From a virus: a DNA stretch of 55,786 nt. Under the pieces are notes generated by a model, which ran no database searches, was not told the origin of the DNA, and saw only the letters and a program-made list of their open reading frames with translations. This document shows positions 20,070 through 27,882 of the stretch, in pieces. A program made the translations under genes and the position numbers. Where the stretch lies: the UHGV virus genome UHGV-0208856. The stretch is one strand, 5' to 3'. The first letter of the stretch is position 1. Every line of letters starts with the position of its first letter.

Positions 20070-21170
20070 GTGATATATCTTGACAATGCGGCAACAGAGA
20101 AGCCCGACAGTATCGCGCTCTTTAAGGCAATGCCGTATCTGCAAGACTTTTACGGGAACGCGTCGTCACTTCACCCTATGGGGACACAGGCGAGGGAAGC
20201 CGTTGAAGCCGCGCGGGCAAAGATAAAGACATACCTTCATTGCAAAGACCACGATGTGATTTTCACTTCGGGAGCAACAGAAAGCAACAACCTTGCAATT
20301 TTAAGCAATCACAGTAAAGGCGAGTGGATATACTCTGTGTTTGAACACTCATCGGCTCGTCCTTCCGTTGCAGACCCCGCACATACGATCCCCACGACGG
20401 AGAGAGGTCAGATCGACTGCGATGCTCTCGAAGATATGTTAAAACAGGGCAATGTCAGCCTTGTGTCCGCGTGCTATGTCAGCAACTATTTAGGGACCGT
20501 ACAGCCCGTCATGCGGATTTCGGACTTGTGCCACAGATACGGCGCAGTTTTCCACTGCGATGCGACACAAGCCGTAGGCAAGCTGCCTATCGACATTGAC
20601 GGTTTCGACAAAATCGACATATTGACCTTCTCCGGGCATAAATTCGGAGGAATAAAAGGAACCGGCTGCGTTGTTGCGCGTCCCGGTCTGATAAAGAAAG
20701 CTTTTTTCGGCGGTAAACAAGAGGGCGATCTTCGCCCGGGGACAGAGAACGTTTTCGGCATTGTTGCAATGTCAAGCGCACTCGTGAACGCTTCGTACAA
20801 TATGGTCGATAACTACACCCGCGTCGATCAGCTCAAACGGAAATTCCTTTCACTTCTCGAACCGCGTTTCGGCACCGTCGTAAAGCCCCATGTAATGACC
20901 TCTCCGTACATTTTAGCCCTGCACTGTACAAACACACGGGCAGAAACATTACACAGCCTTGTGCGCGATTCTGTGTGCTTCTCGACGGGTTCTGCGTGCG
21001 AAGGCTCGGCGGCTCTCACTCATCCCAACACGGCAGTCATGGCGATGGGGTATTCAAAAGAGTACGCACTTAACACATTTCGCGTGTCGTTCTCGGCATT
21101 GACCGAAGAATCCGACATTGAAGAAGCTGCCGAAATATTCAACGCGGCTACATTGAGACAACACCTATAA
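20070..21170 (+). CDS. iscS: Cysteine desulfurase, group I (IscS/NifS family)
   Basis: IYLDNAAT, YGNASSLH, FTSGATESNN, HCDATQ, PLP-lysine motif SGHKFGG, RPGTENV and catalytic STGSAC all present. Confidence 0.93.
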   Translation: MIYLDNAATEKPDSIALFKAMPYLQDFYGNASSLHPMGTQAREAVEAARAKIKTYLHCKDHDVIFTSGATESNNLAILSNHSKGEWIYSVFEHSSARPSVADPAHTIPTTERGQIDCDALEDMLKQGNVSLVSACYVSNYLGTVQPVMRISDLCHRYGAVFHCDATQAVGKLPIDIDGFDKIDILTFSGHKFGGIKGTGCVVARPGLIKKAFFGGKQEGDLRPGTENVFGIVAMSSALVNASYNMVDNYTRVDQLKRKFLSLLEPRFGTVVKPHVMTSPYILALHCTNTRAETLHSLVRDSVCFSTGSACEGSAALTHPNTAVMAMGYSKEYALNTFRVSFSALTEESDIEEAAEIFNAATLRQHL

Positions 21171-21270
21171 CACTTCATAGACATTTCTCCATTTTTGTCT
21201 TGCCTCCTGTCAAAAAACTTGCGCGGCAGTTTCCGTATGAGCAATGCGGTTTTACAACGCGTGCCTCCAT

Positions 21271-21345
21271 AGGGGCATAGCCAAGCGGCAAGGCAACGGA
21301 CTTTGACTCCGTGATTCGTAGGTTCGAATCCTGCTGCCCCTGCCA
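21271..21345 (+). tRNA. tRNA-Gln (anticodon UUG)
   Basis: Cloverleaf: acceptor AGGGGCA/TGCCCCT, D-arm GCC..GGC, anticodon arm ACGGA-CTTTGAC-TCCGT, T-loop TTCGAAT, encoded CCA. Confidence 0.95.
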
Positions 21346-21370
21346 CATTCGAGTTTTTCTTCTCCCTCAT

Positions 21371-21418
21371 GCAAAAAGACGGTTGCGTTCTCACCTCGCG
21401 CAGCCGCCTTTTTGTTTT
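21371..21418 (+). terminator. Intrinsic terminator after the tRNA
   Basis: caaaaagacggttgcg ... cgcagccgcctttttgtttt stem with T-tract. Confidence 0.65.
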
Positions 21419-21427
21419 GCTTTTTCC

Positions 21428-21671
21428 GTGTCACTTTTTGTGTCACACTTTGTGTCACAATCCACAGCGAATTGCAGCGAATGCCAGCATTGCAATTTGT
21501 CTGTATCTGACGAAAATAAAGATAAAAACACGGAAATTTTTGTGCAAACTACACTAAATTTCCGTGTTTTTGGGGGTCTGGTGGAGACGAGGGGGAGTGA
21601 AAGAACACAATATTTTGTGGTTTTAGCGCTCTCTGAACCACTACATTTTGTGGTTTCACTCATCGTGTCAC
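21428..21671. other. attP region: core matching a tmRNA/tRNA-Ala 3' end, with arm-type repeats
   Basis: Minus strand of 21579-21598 reads ACTCCCCCTCGTCTCCACCA. GTGTCAC occurs three times at 21428-21458 and once near 21665. A 16-bp inverted repeat (21524-21539/21556-21571) would act as terminator for the restored host RNA gene. Adjacent to the integrase 3' end. Confidence 0.75.
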
Positions 21672-21706
21672 AACACGCTCACTTTCGGAGAGGAAAACCG
21701 TGCATT

Positions 21707-22912
21707 TCACAGGCTTAAAACTATGCGTTCGGCATCGTCGCCGTACACATGGGCGTATGTTTTTGCGACTTGCTCTATCGTGTCACCTATAAGCTCTGCG
21801 GCAACGGCGAAGCTGCCGCCGTGATGTATAACCATCGTCACAAACGAGTGACGGAGATCGTGAATCCGTATCGGCGGAAGCCCGGCTTTTTCAGTGTACT
21901 TCTTGAAAGCGTATGTCAACGCGTTTTGACTTATCGGCGTACCGGGTGTTTCTCCGCAGAAAACGAACACAGAATCGGGCGGGAGCGTCTTTATGTACTC
22001 CGTCAGCTCGGACATGACGCGGTGGTTTGCCGTCAATACCTGAACCTTGTTTGCTTTCGTCGGCGTGATCTTGTACGTCTCTTTGCCGACCGTCTTGAAT
22101 GATATGTTCTTATTCCACGAAATTTTGCCCGTGGTTGAATTTATGTCGGCGGGGTATAGGGACATTACCTCTCCCTTCCTTCGCCCCGTGTAGAACAGCG
22201 TAGTGAATAATACGCGGTATTTCGGGTTATCGACGGCAGTAAGGAACTTCTCAAATTGCTTTTTCGTCCACGTCTGCATTTGCTTGACGGGTTCCTGCCG
22301 TTTCGGAGCGGGTATTTCCGCAAGGTAGTTTTTATATCCGTACTTGCCGTAGCGGGTTTCGACCCACGAAAGGAAAGCGGAGAAATTTTTCCGTATTTTG
22401 CGGAGCTGTGCATAAGAGTAATATTCCCCGGTGCGGGGATTTTTTGTTTTCCAGAGATCGTCCTGCCATTTGAACAGCATTTCTTTGTCAATGTCTTTCA
22501 TCGGCATTGTACCGAAATACGGAATGAGAAACAGGCGAAATTCTCCGCGCTTCATGAGAATCGTCGATTCGCGGTTGATGTTGGAGAGGGAATCTATGTA
22601 CGCATCGGCAAGATACGCGAAATTGTGAAGCACGGGAGAATCGTCTTTTTTGCCGTTATCGGCAGCGGGCGCGACGGCTTTTGACGGTTTGTACTTCGGG
22701 AGCTTGTCTATCAGCTTGCAGTGGTTTGTTATGAACTCGTCGTGCTTGCGCCGCGCTTCGGTCTTTGTAGCGCCGCGTATTGATTTTTGCATGGGCTTGC
22801 CCGACAGGTCGTAGATTCTGAAAACGGCATCGTACTGCTTGCCGTAGCGCTTCGTGGCACGTTCTCTGATTGTGTAGTGTGTGGAGACTATGTAATATTC
22901 TTCCTGCGGCAT
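21707..22912 (-). CDS. int: Phage integrase (tyrosine recombinase)
   Basis: 401 aa; N-terminal arm-binding segment (KSIRGATKTEA), TGRRKGE, HDLRHS, and the catalytic Tyr in KTYAH. Confidence 0.92.
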   Translation of the reverse strand: MPQEEYYIVSTHYTIRERATKRYGKQYDAVFRIYDLSGKPMQKSIRGATKTEARRKHDEFITNHCKLIDKLPKYKPSKAVAPAADNGKKDDSPVLHNFAYLADAYIDSLSNINRESTILMKRGEFRLFLIPYFGTMPMKDIDKEMLFKWQDDLWKTKNPRTGEYYSYAQLRKIRKNFSAFLSWVETRYGKYGYKNYLAEIPAPKRQEPVKQMQTWTKKQFEKFLTAVDNPKYRVLFTTLFYTGRRKGEVMSLYPADINSTTGKISWNKNISFKTVGKETYKITPTKANKVQVLTANHRVMSELTEYIKTLPPDSVFVFCGETPGTPISQNALTYAFKKYTEKAGLPPIRIHDLRHSFVTMVIHHGGSFAVAAELIGDTIEQVAKTYAHVYGDDAERIVLSL

Positions 22913-23152
22913 TTTTGCGTGTGACCTCGAAAGCAGAATTTACTGTGTGATACTTTGCCGCAACGCTTGATACTTTGGTGAGCTTTTGCGGGTGGCTGGT
23001 ATGCTAATATGCACAGTTGACTACAATTTGCAGACAACCGCGTACATTTGCGGTGCCGGCGTAGGATTTCTGTGCGACTTTTATGCGATAAACACGGGAA
23101 AAAGTCGGGATAAATCTTTCCGACGCAGGGCGTACAATGTTTGTGCGGCGGT

Positions 23153-23578
23153 TTAATAACGGAATAAGCCGACCTCGGGGTGCGAAATGTCAATGATGAG
23201 CCAGCCGATGAACACGGCGGCGACAACGGCGATAATCCCGAAGGTCAGACGGCGTATGCGTGACTGCTGCTCCGAAATGATACGCTCGTATATCGCGATA
23301 AGGCGTTCGGCAGTTTCATCCACTTTCGGCGGTACGGCTTCTTCGGGCGCTTCGTCCTCCAACAGCTCGTTCAGATTGCCGCCCATAGTACGCATCATGA
23401 CGACAAGGGAACGGAACGACGGGTCGCGGCTTGTGCCGTTGAGGATTCGGTATATCGTGGATTCCGCCAGCTCACCGTCGGAAAGCTCGGCGATCGCGTG
23501 CGGACTCATTCCGCAGGCATCGTATCTTTTCTTGATACGGGCTGTGACCTTCTCAGACGAAAAAACATCTTCTCTCAA
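23153..23578 (-). CDS. XRE-family HTH protein with a C-terminal transmembrane helix
   Basis: IAELS..LAESTIYRILNG..DPSF HTH, coiled coil, then FGIIAVVAAVFIGWLII; SD ggagg. Confidence 0.75.
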   Translation of the reverse strand: MREDVFSSEKVTARIKKRYDACGMSPHAIAELSDGELAESTIYRILNGTSRDPSFRSLVVMMRTMGGNLNELLEDEAPEEAVPPKVDETAERLIAIYERIISEQQSRIRRLTFGIIAVVAAVFIGWLIIDISHPEVGLFRY

Positions 23579-23702
23579 AACGAACCTCCGAAAAACAAGT
23601 GTTGGTGACGGTTTTCGTGCGAAATTGTCGGAAACGGAAACCGCAATTCGCGTTTTGAAAGTCTTATTCCCGAAAGAGGGAGGAAATACGCGAAAGCGGT
23701 TG

Positions 23703-23731
23703 TTGATTCTGCACCGTGTTGATGATACGCT
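23703..23731 (+). promoter_or_regulatory. Sigma-A promoter followed by a four-hairpin leader
   Basis: TTGATT, 17 bp, TACGCT with extended TG. Confidence 0.5.
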
Positions 23732-23915
23732 GAATGTGCAGAGCAGCGGTGCAGCTCTGCCGGGAAGGGTTTGTCCGCCGTTGCCCGATAACGGTGCGAC
23801 AAAAGCCGACCTACGGGGCGGGGGAGTATTTGCGGTGCTTCCCCGCCGCCGAAAAGGGACGGCTGTACAAAAAAGCGCGGGAAGCGAAATCTCATTCCCG
23901 CGGCGAGGTATGGTG

Positions 23916-24086
23916 ATGATAAGAGAGCTTGAAAAAGAATTGATCGAACTTCTGGGACACGCAAGCGCGGAAGAACTGAACGTTCTGCTTTGCGCTGCCG
24001 AATCATTTGCGCGATGTCACGAAAATGATAGGCACGGGAAAATTTTGATTCCGTGCGAAATCTCACACGAAAACTCGCAAATGTAA
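23916..24086 (+). CDS. Small hypothetical protein (~56 aa)
   Basis: SD gaggt, MIRELEKELIELLG...; divergent from the HTH-TM gene. Confidence 0.45.
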   Translation: MIRELEKELIELLGHASAEELNVLLCAAESFARCHENDRHGKILIPCEISHENSQM

Positions 24087-24131
24087 CTTTTCATGGGAAA
24101 TACAAAGAAGTTTTTGAGAGATCCGCCGCCT

Positions 24132-24345
24132 CGCGCGCGCACACGCGGATTGGAATATAATTATATATATTAGCTCTTTTCCCTAATCATGTTATTCACT
24201 GATTAGTGAATCGTACTCTATGTGTTACTCCTTACAGAATAAGTTACTCCTTTTTAATTGTGAGTGTGTGAGGCGCCGCCCACCCGCGGCGGCGCCTATT
24301 GCGCGTACGGGTACGCGCGCGCACACGCGCACACGCATACGCGAG
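24132..24345. repeat. AT-rich island bracketed by 16-bp purine/pyrimidine-alternating direct repeats
   Basis: cgcgcgcgcacacgcg at 24132-24147 and 24314-24329; inside are palindrome attcact-gatt-agtgaat, gttactcctt twice and a GC hairpin (24271-24297). Confidence 0.75.
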
Positions 24346-24362
24346 AAAGGGTTTTTGAAATT

Positions 24363-24974
24363 TCACAAATTATCCGATGATTCGGTCTGCATGGTTTCGG
24401 GGTTGCTCTGATCGTCGGAGGAAGATTCTTTTGCTTTAAGGGATTGAATGTCTTTTCTGACTTCTTGCAGCACAGTGATTTCCTGCTTGATAAGGTCGTT
24501 GCGGTATTGTAGGATGTCAGCAAGGAAGTTGAGCGCCAAGCCGACCATGAAACCCGCCGCCCCGGAACTCACGGCAACGGAACCCAATTGAGATACAAGA
24601 GCCTTATCCGAAAAGAGAAGCGCAAAGCCTCCGAAGAACGAAACGAAAGAGCAGATGCAAATAAATATTCCCAAGCGCCCAAGCTTTCCGCTCGGGTCGC
24701 TCCGCATGGTTTGTGTAGAATGATTCGTTTGCGGGACGGTGTGCTGAACATTGTCCTGCTTCGGCGGCGCGGGTTTTGTTTTTTGCGCTTCGCGTATGGC
24801 TTCAAGATATGCTTCCTTACGCGCTTTTTTTGCGGCAATCACGACCGCAATGATAATGGCGATTATAACAACAGCGCCCGCTATGATTCCGATAGTCGTT
24901 GCGATATCAAGTCCATTTGGTTTGCCCATATAAGCGCTATACATCATCAGCGTTTGAAACATAAACACGCTCAT
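24363..24974 (-). CDS. Membrane protein (about 3 TM), lysogeny-region accessory
   Basis: 203 aa with hydrophobic helices and a YRNDLI motif shared with the upstream gene. Confidence 0.7.
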   Translation of the reverse strand: MSVFMFQTLMMYSAYMGKPNGLDIATTIGIIAGAVVIIAIIIAVVIAAKKARKEAYLEAIREAQKTKPAPPKQDNVQHTVPQTNHSTQTMRSDPSGKLGRLGIFICICSFVSFFGGFALLFSDKALVSQLGSVAVSSGAAGFMVGLALNFLADILQYRNDLIKQEITVLQEVRKDIQSLKAKESSSDDQSNPETMQTESSDNL

Positions 24975-25417
24975 TCTGCTTTCTTTTCTTCCGCTTCGGC
25001 TTCTGCTCTTGCCGCTTTTGCCTTTGCCTTTGCTTCCGCTTTTGCAGCCTCATATTCTTCAAACTCTTTCTTTATCACGCGGGCTTCCTGCTTTTTCAGA
25101 AGCTCGTTCTGCTCTCTGATAAGGTCGTTACGGTATTCTACGCAATCTCCGGCATAGGTGACACCCAATCCGACAAGCAGCAGGCTGATACCGCCTCCGA
25201 TCATCGTCCACCCCGTTTGCAGATTGCTTTCGTATGCTGAATATTCTTCGAGGTATTCATCGTATTTCGATGACAGATAGGAGCGAGAACTGGGTTTCTG
25301 CGCGGCACACAGGAATATTATGCCTGCTATGATCGCCAACGCCGAAAGGCAAATAAGGGCACTGCCGATGCCGCTGATCTTCTTGCCGGGGTCTTTTCCC
25401 CAATAGTTTTGCTCCAT
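24971..25417 (-). CDS. Membrane protein (2 TM), paralogue of 24363-24974
   Basis: 148 aa, SD gaggtg, YRNDLI motif, ATGA overlap with the next gene. Confidence 0.7.
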   Translation of the reverse strand: MEQNYWGKDPGKKISGIGSALICLSALAIIAGIIFLCAAQKPSSRSYLSSKYDEYLEEYSAYESNLQTGWTMIGGGISLLLVGLGVTYAGDCVEYRNDLIREQNELLKKQEARVIKKEFEEYEAAKAEAKAKAKAARAEAEAEEKKAE

Positions 25418-25437
25418 AGGGACACCTCTTTTTTTGT

Positions 25438-25740
25438 TTATTTCAAAAGCATATCCGCAAGAGCCGAAAGCTTCGCGGCATCTTCTTCTGACATTTCTCG
25501 AATACGGCTGACAAGAGCCGATTTTACGGGAGAAAGCGTTTCATCGACGGGCGTTGAAGATAGAAGCGCTTCTTCCGAAACGCCGAAATAGGCTGCTATC
25601 TGCTTCCGTGCTTTCGGGCGCGGCAGTGCGCCGTTTTTCCATTCTGTTGCAGAGGAAATTGAAATATTCAGCTCTTCGCATACACGGGTAGGAGAAGTGT
25701 TATTTTCCTTGCACAGACGCTTGTAATTGTCCCAAAACAT
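25438..25740 (-). CDS. XRE-family repressor paralogue R1
   Basis: MFWDNYKRLC...SPTRVC..L.IS.S..T.WK.G..P...IA.YFGV HTH signature; short helical C-terminus. Confidence 0.88.
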   Translation of the reverse strand: MFWDNYKRLCKENNTSPTRVCEELNISISSATEWKNGALPRPKARKQIAAYFGVSEEALLSSTPVDETLSPVKSALVSRIREMSEEDAAKLSALADMLLK

Positions 25741-25742
25741 GG

Positions 25743-26042
25743 CTATTTTTTGTCCCTCGCACGGATAAATTGCGCGTATGCGATAAGCTCATCGAGCTGC
25801 TGATCCGTGAATCCTTCTGTCGCTTCTTTCAAACGCTCCATAACGGCATCGACCTCGCCTGTGAGCAGATAATCAGCCGTCACATTGAAAAACTCTGACA
25901 GTTTCACGATGGTTGTGCAGTCGGGCAAAGTGCCGTTTTTCCATGATGTCACAAGGCTTTTTGACAGCCCGAGCTTTACGAGAGCGGCTGACGGGGATAT
26001 ATGGTTTTCATCACAAAGAAACTTGAATGTAGACCAGAACAT
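25743..26042 (-). CDS. XRE-family repressor paralogue R2
   Basis: MFWSTFKFLC...WKNGTLP...LSEFFNVTADYLL; SD aggtg before ATG 26042. Confidence 0.88.
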   Translation of the reverse strand: MFWSTFKFLCDENHISPSAALVKLGLSKSLVTSWKNGTLPDCTTIVKLSEFFNVTADYLLTGEVDAVMERLKEATEGFTDQQLDELIAYAQFIRARDKK

Positions 26043-26129
26043 CGAACTTTCACCTATGGTAAATATCAACAAATCGTGCTACTGCGTATTGTGCAATGAT
26101 ACAAATATCAATTTGCAGAACATTTTCTC

Positions 26130-26158
26130 TTGACAGGTACGATTTATTGTACTATACT
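26130..26158 (+). promoter_or_regulatory. Divergent sigma-A promoter/operator upstream of R2
   Basis: TTGACA, 17 bp, TATACT; spacer holds the near-palindrome gtacgat-tt-attgtac. Confidence 0.8.
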
Positions 26159-26187
26159 ATCCCTGCGAGTTAAGAAAACGAACGTAG

Positions 26188-26493
26188 TCACGATTTCCTC
26201 GCTTTTATCAATTCGGCGTAGACGATAAGCTCCTTCATGTCGCGCTCTGAAAAGCCGTCCACGGCTTTCAAAAGTGCCTCGGTGTCGGTTTTCGGCTCAT
26301 CGTCAGCCGCCGTAAAGAGCGCGGCTTCCGGCACACCAAAGTATTCGGCAAGCCGGCTGCGCACTTTGGGTCGGGGAATCGCCCCGCCCTTCCATGCAGT
26401 GGCTATACTGTTTGACAAGCCAAGCTCCGCACACACTTTCGAAGGGCTTTTATTTATTCCTTTGCATAACTGCACAAAGTTTTCCCAGAACAT
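26188..26493 (-). CDS. XRE-family repressor paralogue R3
   Basis: MFWENFVQLC...SPSKVC..LGLS...WKGG..P...LAEYFGV; no SD, possibly leaderless. Confidence 0.88.
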   Translation of the reverse strand: MFWENFVQLCKGINKSPSKVCAELGLSNSIATAWKGGAIPRPKVRSRLAEYFGVPEAALFTAADDEPKTDTEALLKAVDGFSERDMKELIVYAELIKARKS

Positions 26494-26571
26494 AGGCACA
26501 TCAATATGCACAAAAGCAAGAATCTCAATTTGTGCATATCTCCAAAGTTAGATATAAATTAGATTTTATCG

Positions 26572-26600
26572 TTGACATCTAAATTTCTGCGCGATATACT
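26572..26600 (+). promoter_or_regulatory. Divergent sigma-A promoter/operator upstream of R3
   Basis: TTGACA, 17 bp, TATACT; -35 flanked by ttagat/atctaa inverted half-sites; -10 overlaps the R4 stop codon. Confidence 0.8.
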
Positions 26601-27147
26601 AATTTCGCGAATCGAGAAACCGCACATAGTCAAGAATCTGACGTTGCTTGTCCTCGTCGAGGGATTCAACGGTGCTGACGATTTCGCGGAATATCTCGTC
26701 TTTGTGTGTGTCCGCGGCGGTTTCGGTTTTGCCGTGGTACAGCCGCTCGACGGTCACGCCGAAGTAATCCGCGACCTTCTGTGCAACAGCGATACGCGGT
26801 ACAGCGCCGAGCTTCCATGAAGTGGGCGCTCCGGGTGAGATTCCCATGTCGCGGACAGCCGTTGTGGGCTTGATTCCCCGTTCGTTACACAATTCAAGGT
26901 AATTTTCCCAAAATACCGCTTTTCGCGGCGCAGGGATAGTCGTCATGTCCGCATTAGCATGACACAGATAATTGGGTGTTACGCCGAAATAATCGGCAAT
27001 CTTCTGAATGCTTTGCTCGTTGGGCATTGCACCGCGCTTCCATGCGGTGGGTGCGCTCGGTGCTATCGCAATCTTTCTGCAAACGATAGACGGTTTTTCG
27101 CCCCTCTCGTTGCAAAGACCGATGAAATTATTCCAAAATACGCTCAT
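26599..27147 (-). CDS. XRE-family repressor R4 with two tandem HTH domains
   Basis: 182 aa; VFW.N...LCNERG.KP......I.P.APT.WK.GA.P....QK.ADYFGVT occurs twice. Confidence 0.9.
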   Translation of the reverse strand: MSVFWNNFIGLCNERGEKPSIVCRKIAIAPSAPTAWKRGAMPNEQSIQKIADYFGVTPNYLCHANADMTTIPAPRKAVFWENYLELCNERGIKPTTAVRDMGISPGAPTSWKLGAVPRIAVAQKVADYFGVTVERLYHGKTETAADTHKDEIFREIVSTVESLDEDKQRQILDYVRFLDSRN

Positions 27148-27223
27148 ATATGGGCAGAACTACCAAAACACCCCTTGCTGAATTGTGCAAAACATAAAAC
27201 AATTTCATTTGCTCAAAAATAGC

Positions 27224-27252
27224 TTGACAAATAAGTGCAAATGAAATATAAT
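27224..27252 (+). promoter_or_regulatory. Divergent consensus sigma-A promoter/operator upstream of R4
   Basis: TTGACA, 17 bp, TATAAT; 11-bp inverted repeat atttcatttgc (27202-12)/gcaaatgaaat (27237-47) straddles the -35. Confidence 0.85.
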
Positions 27253-27396
27253 TGTACCGAACCCGAAAGGTTCAGAGCAAACGAATCGTTCGAACCTGTA
27301 CGGTTTCACAAAATTTGCTCGGTTTCCCAAAAATCCACCGACAATTTTTGTGAAAACGAACTATAATTGGGAAAACGAACTTTTCATCCACTATCG

Positions 27397-27442
27397 AATC
27401 ATCGAAACTCACATAGATACAAAGTAATACCGCCGAGATCAA
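27397..27442 (+). repeat. 46-bp direct repeat, copy 1
   Basis: aatcatcgaaactcacatagatacaaagtaataccgccgagatcaa; 45/46 identical to 27883-27928; supplies the R5 stop codon. Confidence 0.95.
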
Positions 27443-27756
27443 TAACGGTCTTTTAACATGAATTTCGCAAGAGCCATCAAGGCTTCTGCTTCATCATCCG
27501 TCATTTGGTCGATAAGGGATTTAAGCTCCTGCTTTTCGGGATTTTCGGGAGCAGCTGAACCATCGGATATGCCGAGCAAATATGCTTCCGGCACATTTAA
27601 GTATTTTGCGATACGCTCCACGGTTGCGTGATTCGGTGTCGTTCCGTTGCTTTTCCAGTAAACGAACTGATTTTTGCCCAATCCGAGGTCGGAAAGCATT
27701 GTCTTTTTATCAATGCCCCGCTCTTTCAATATCCGGGCAAGCCTATCGGCAAACAA
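27439..27756 (-). CDS. XRE-family repressor paralogue R5
   Basis: MFADRLARILKERGI...LGLGKN...WK..GT.P...IAKYLNV...YLLG; SD gaggaggg. Confidence 0.88.
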   Translation of the reverse strand: MFADRLARILKERGIDKKTMLSDLGLGKNQFVYWKSNGTTPNHATVERIAKYLNVPEAYLLGISDGSAAPENPEKQELKSLIDQMTDDEAEALMALAKFMLKDRY

Positions 27757-27845
27757 ACGGAACCCTCCTCTTGGTGAATTTCCCCAAAAGCAGTGCTTTG
27801 AATTTGTAAATCCCTACAAAATCATTGCAAACAGGGAATTATCAC

Positions 27846-27874
27846 TTGACTAATCCCCGAATTTGGGGTAAACT
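27846..27874 (+). promoter_or_regulatory. Divergent promoter/operator upstream of R5 (candidate early lytic promoter)
   Basis: TTGACT, 17 bp, TAAACT; spacer palindrome cccc-gaattt-gggg. Confidence 0.7.
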
Positions 27875-27882
27875 CATTTCGC

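Noticed and set aside
20070..21170. Complete Dnd/Ssp phosphorothioation system
   Set aside because: Only a desulfurase is present; no DndB-E or Ssp-like genes were recognised.
21579..21598. A second tRNA gene on the minus strand
   Set aside because: Only the 3' end is present with no 5' half; better explained as the attP core.
23187..24086. 299-aa plus-strand ORF
   Set aside because: Mostly antisense to the HTH-TM gene and runs through a promoter/hairpin region; only the last ~56 codons have an SD-led start.
27255..27310. LexA/DinR SOS box in the immunity region
   Set aside because: GAAC and GTTC half-sites occur but not at the GAAC-N4-GTTC spacing.
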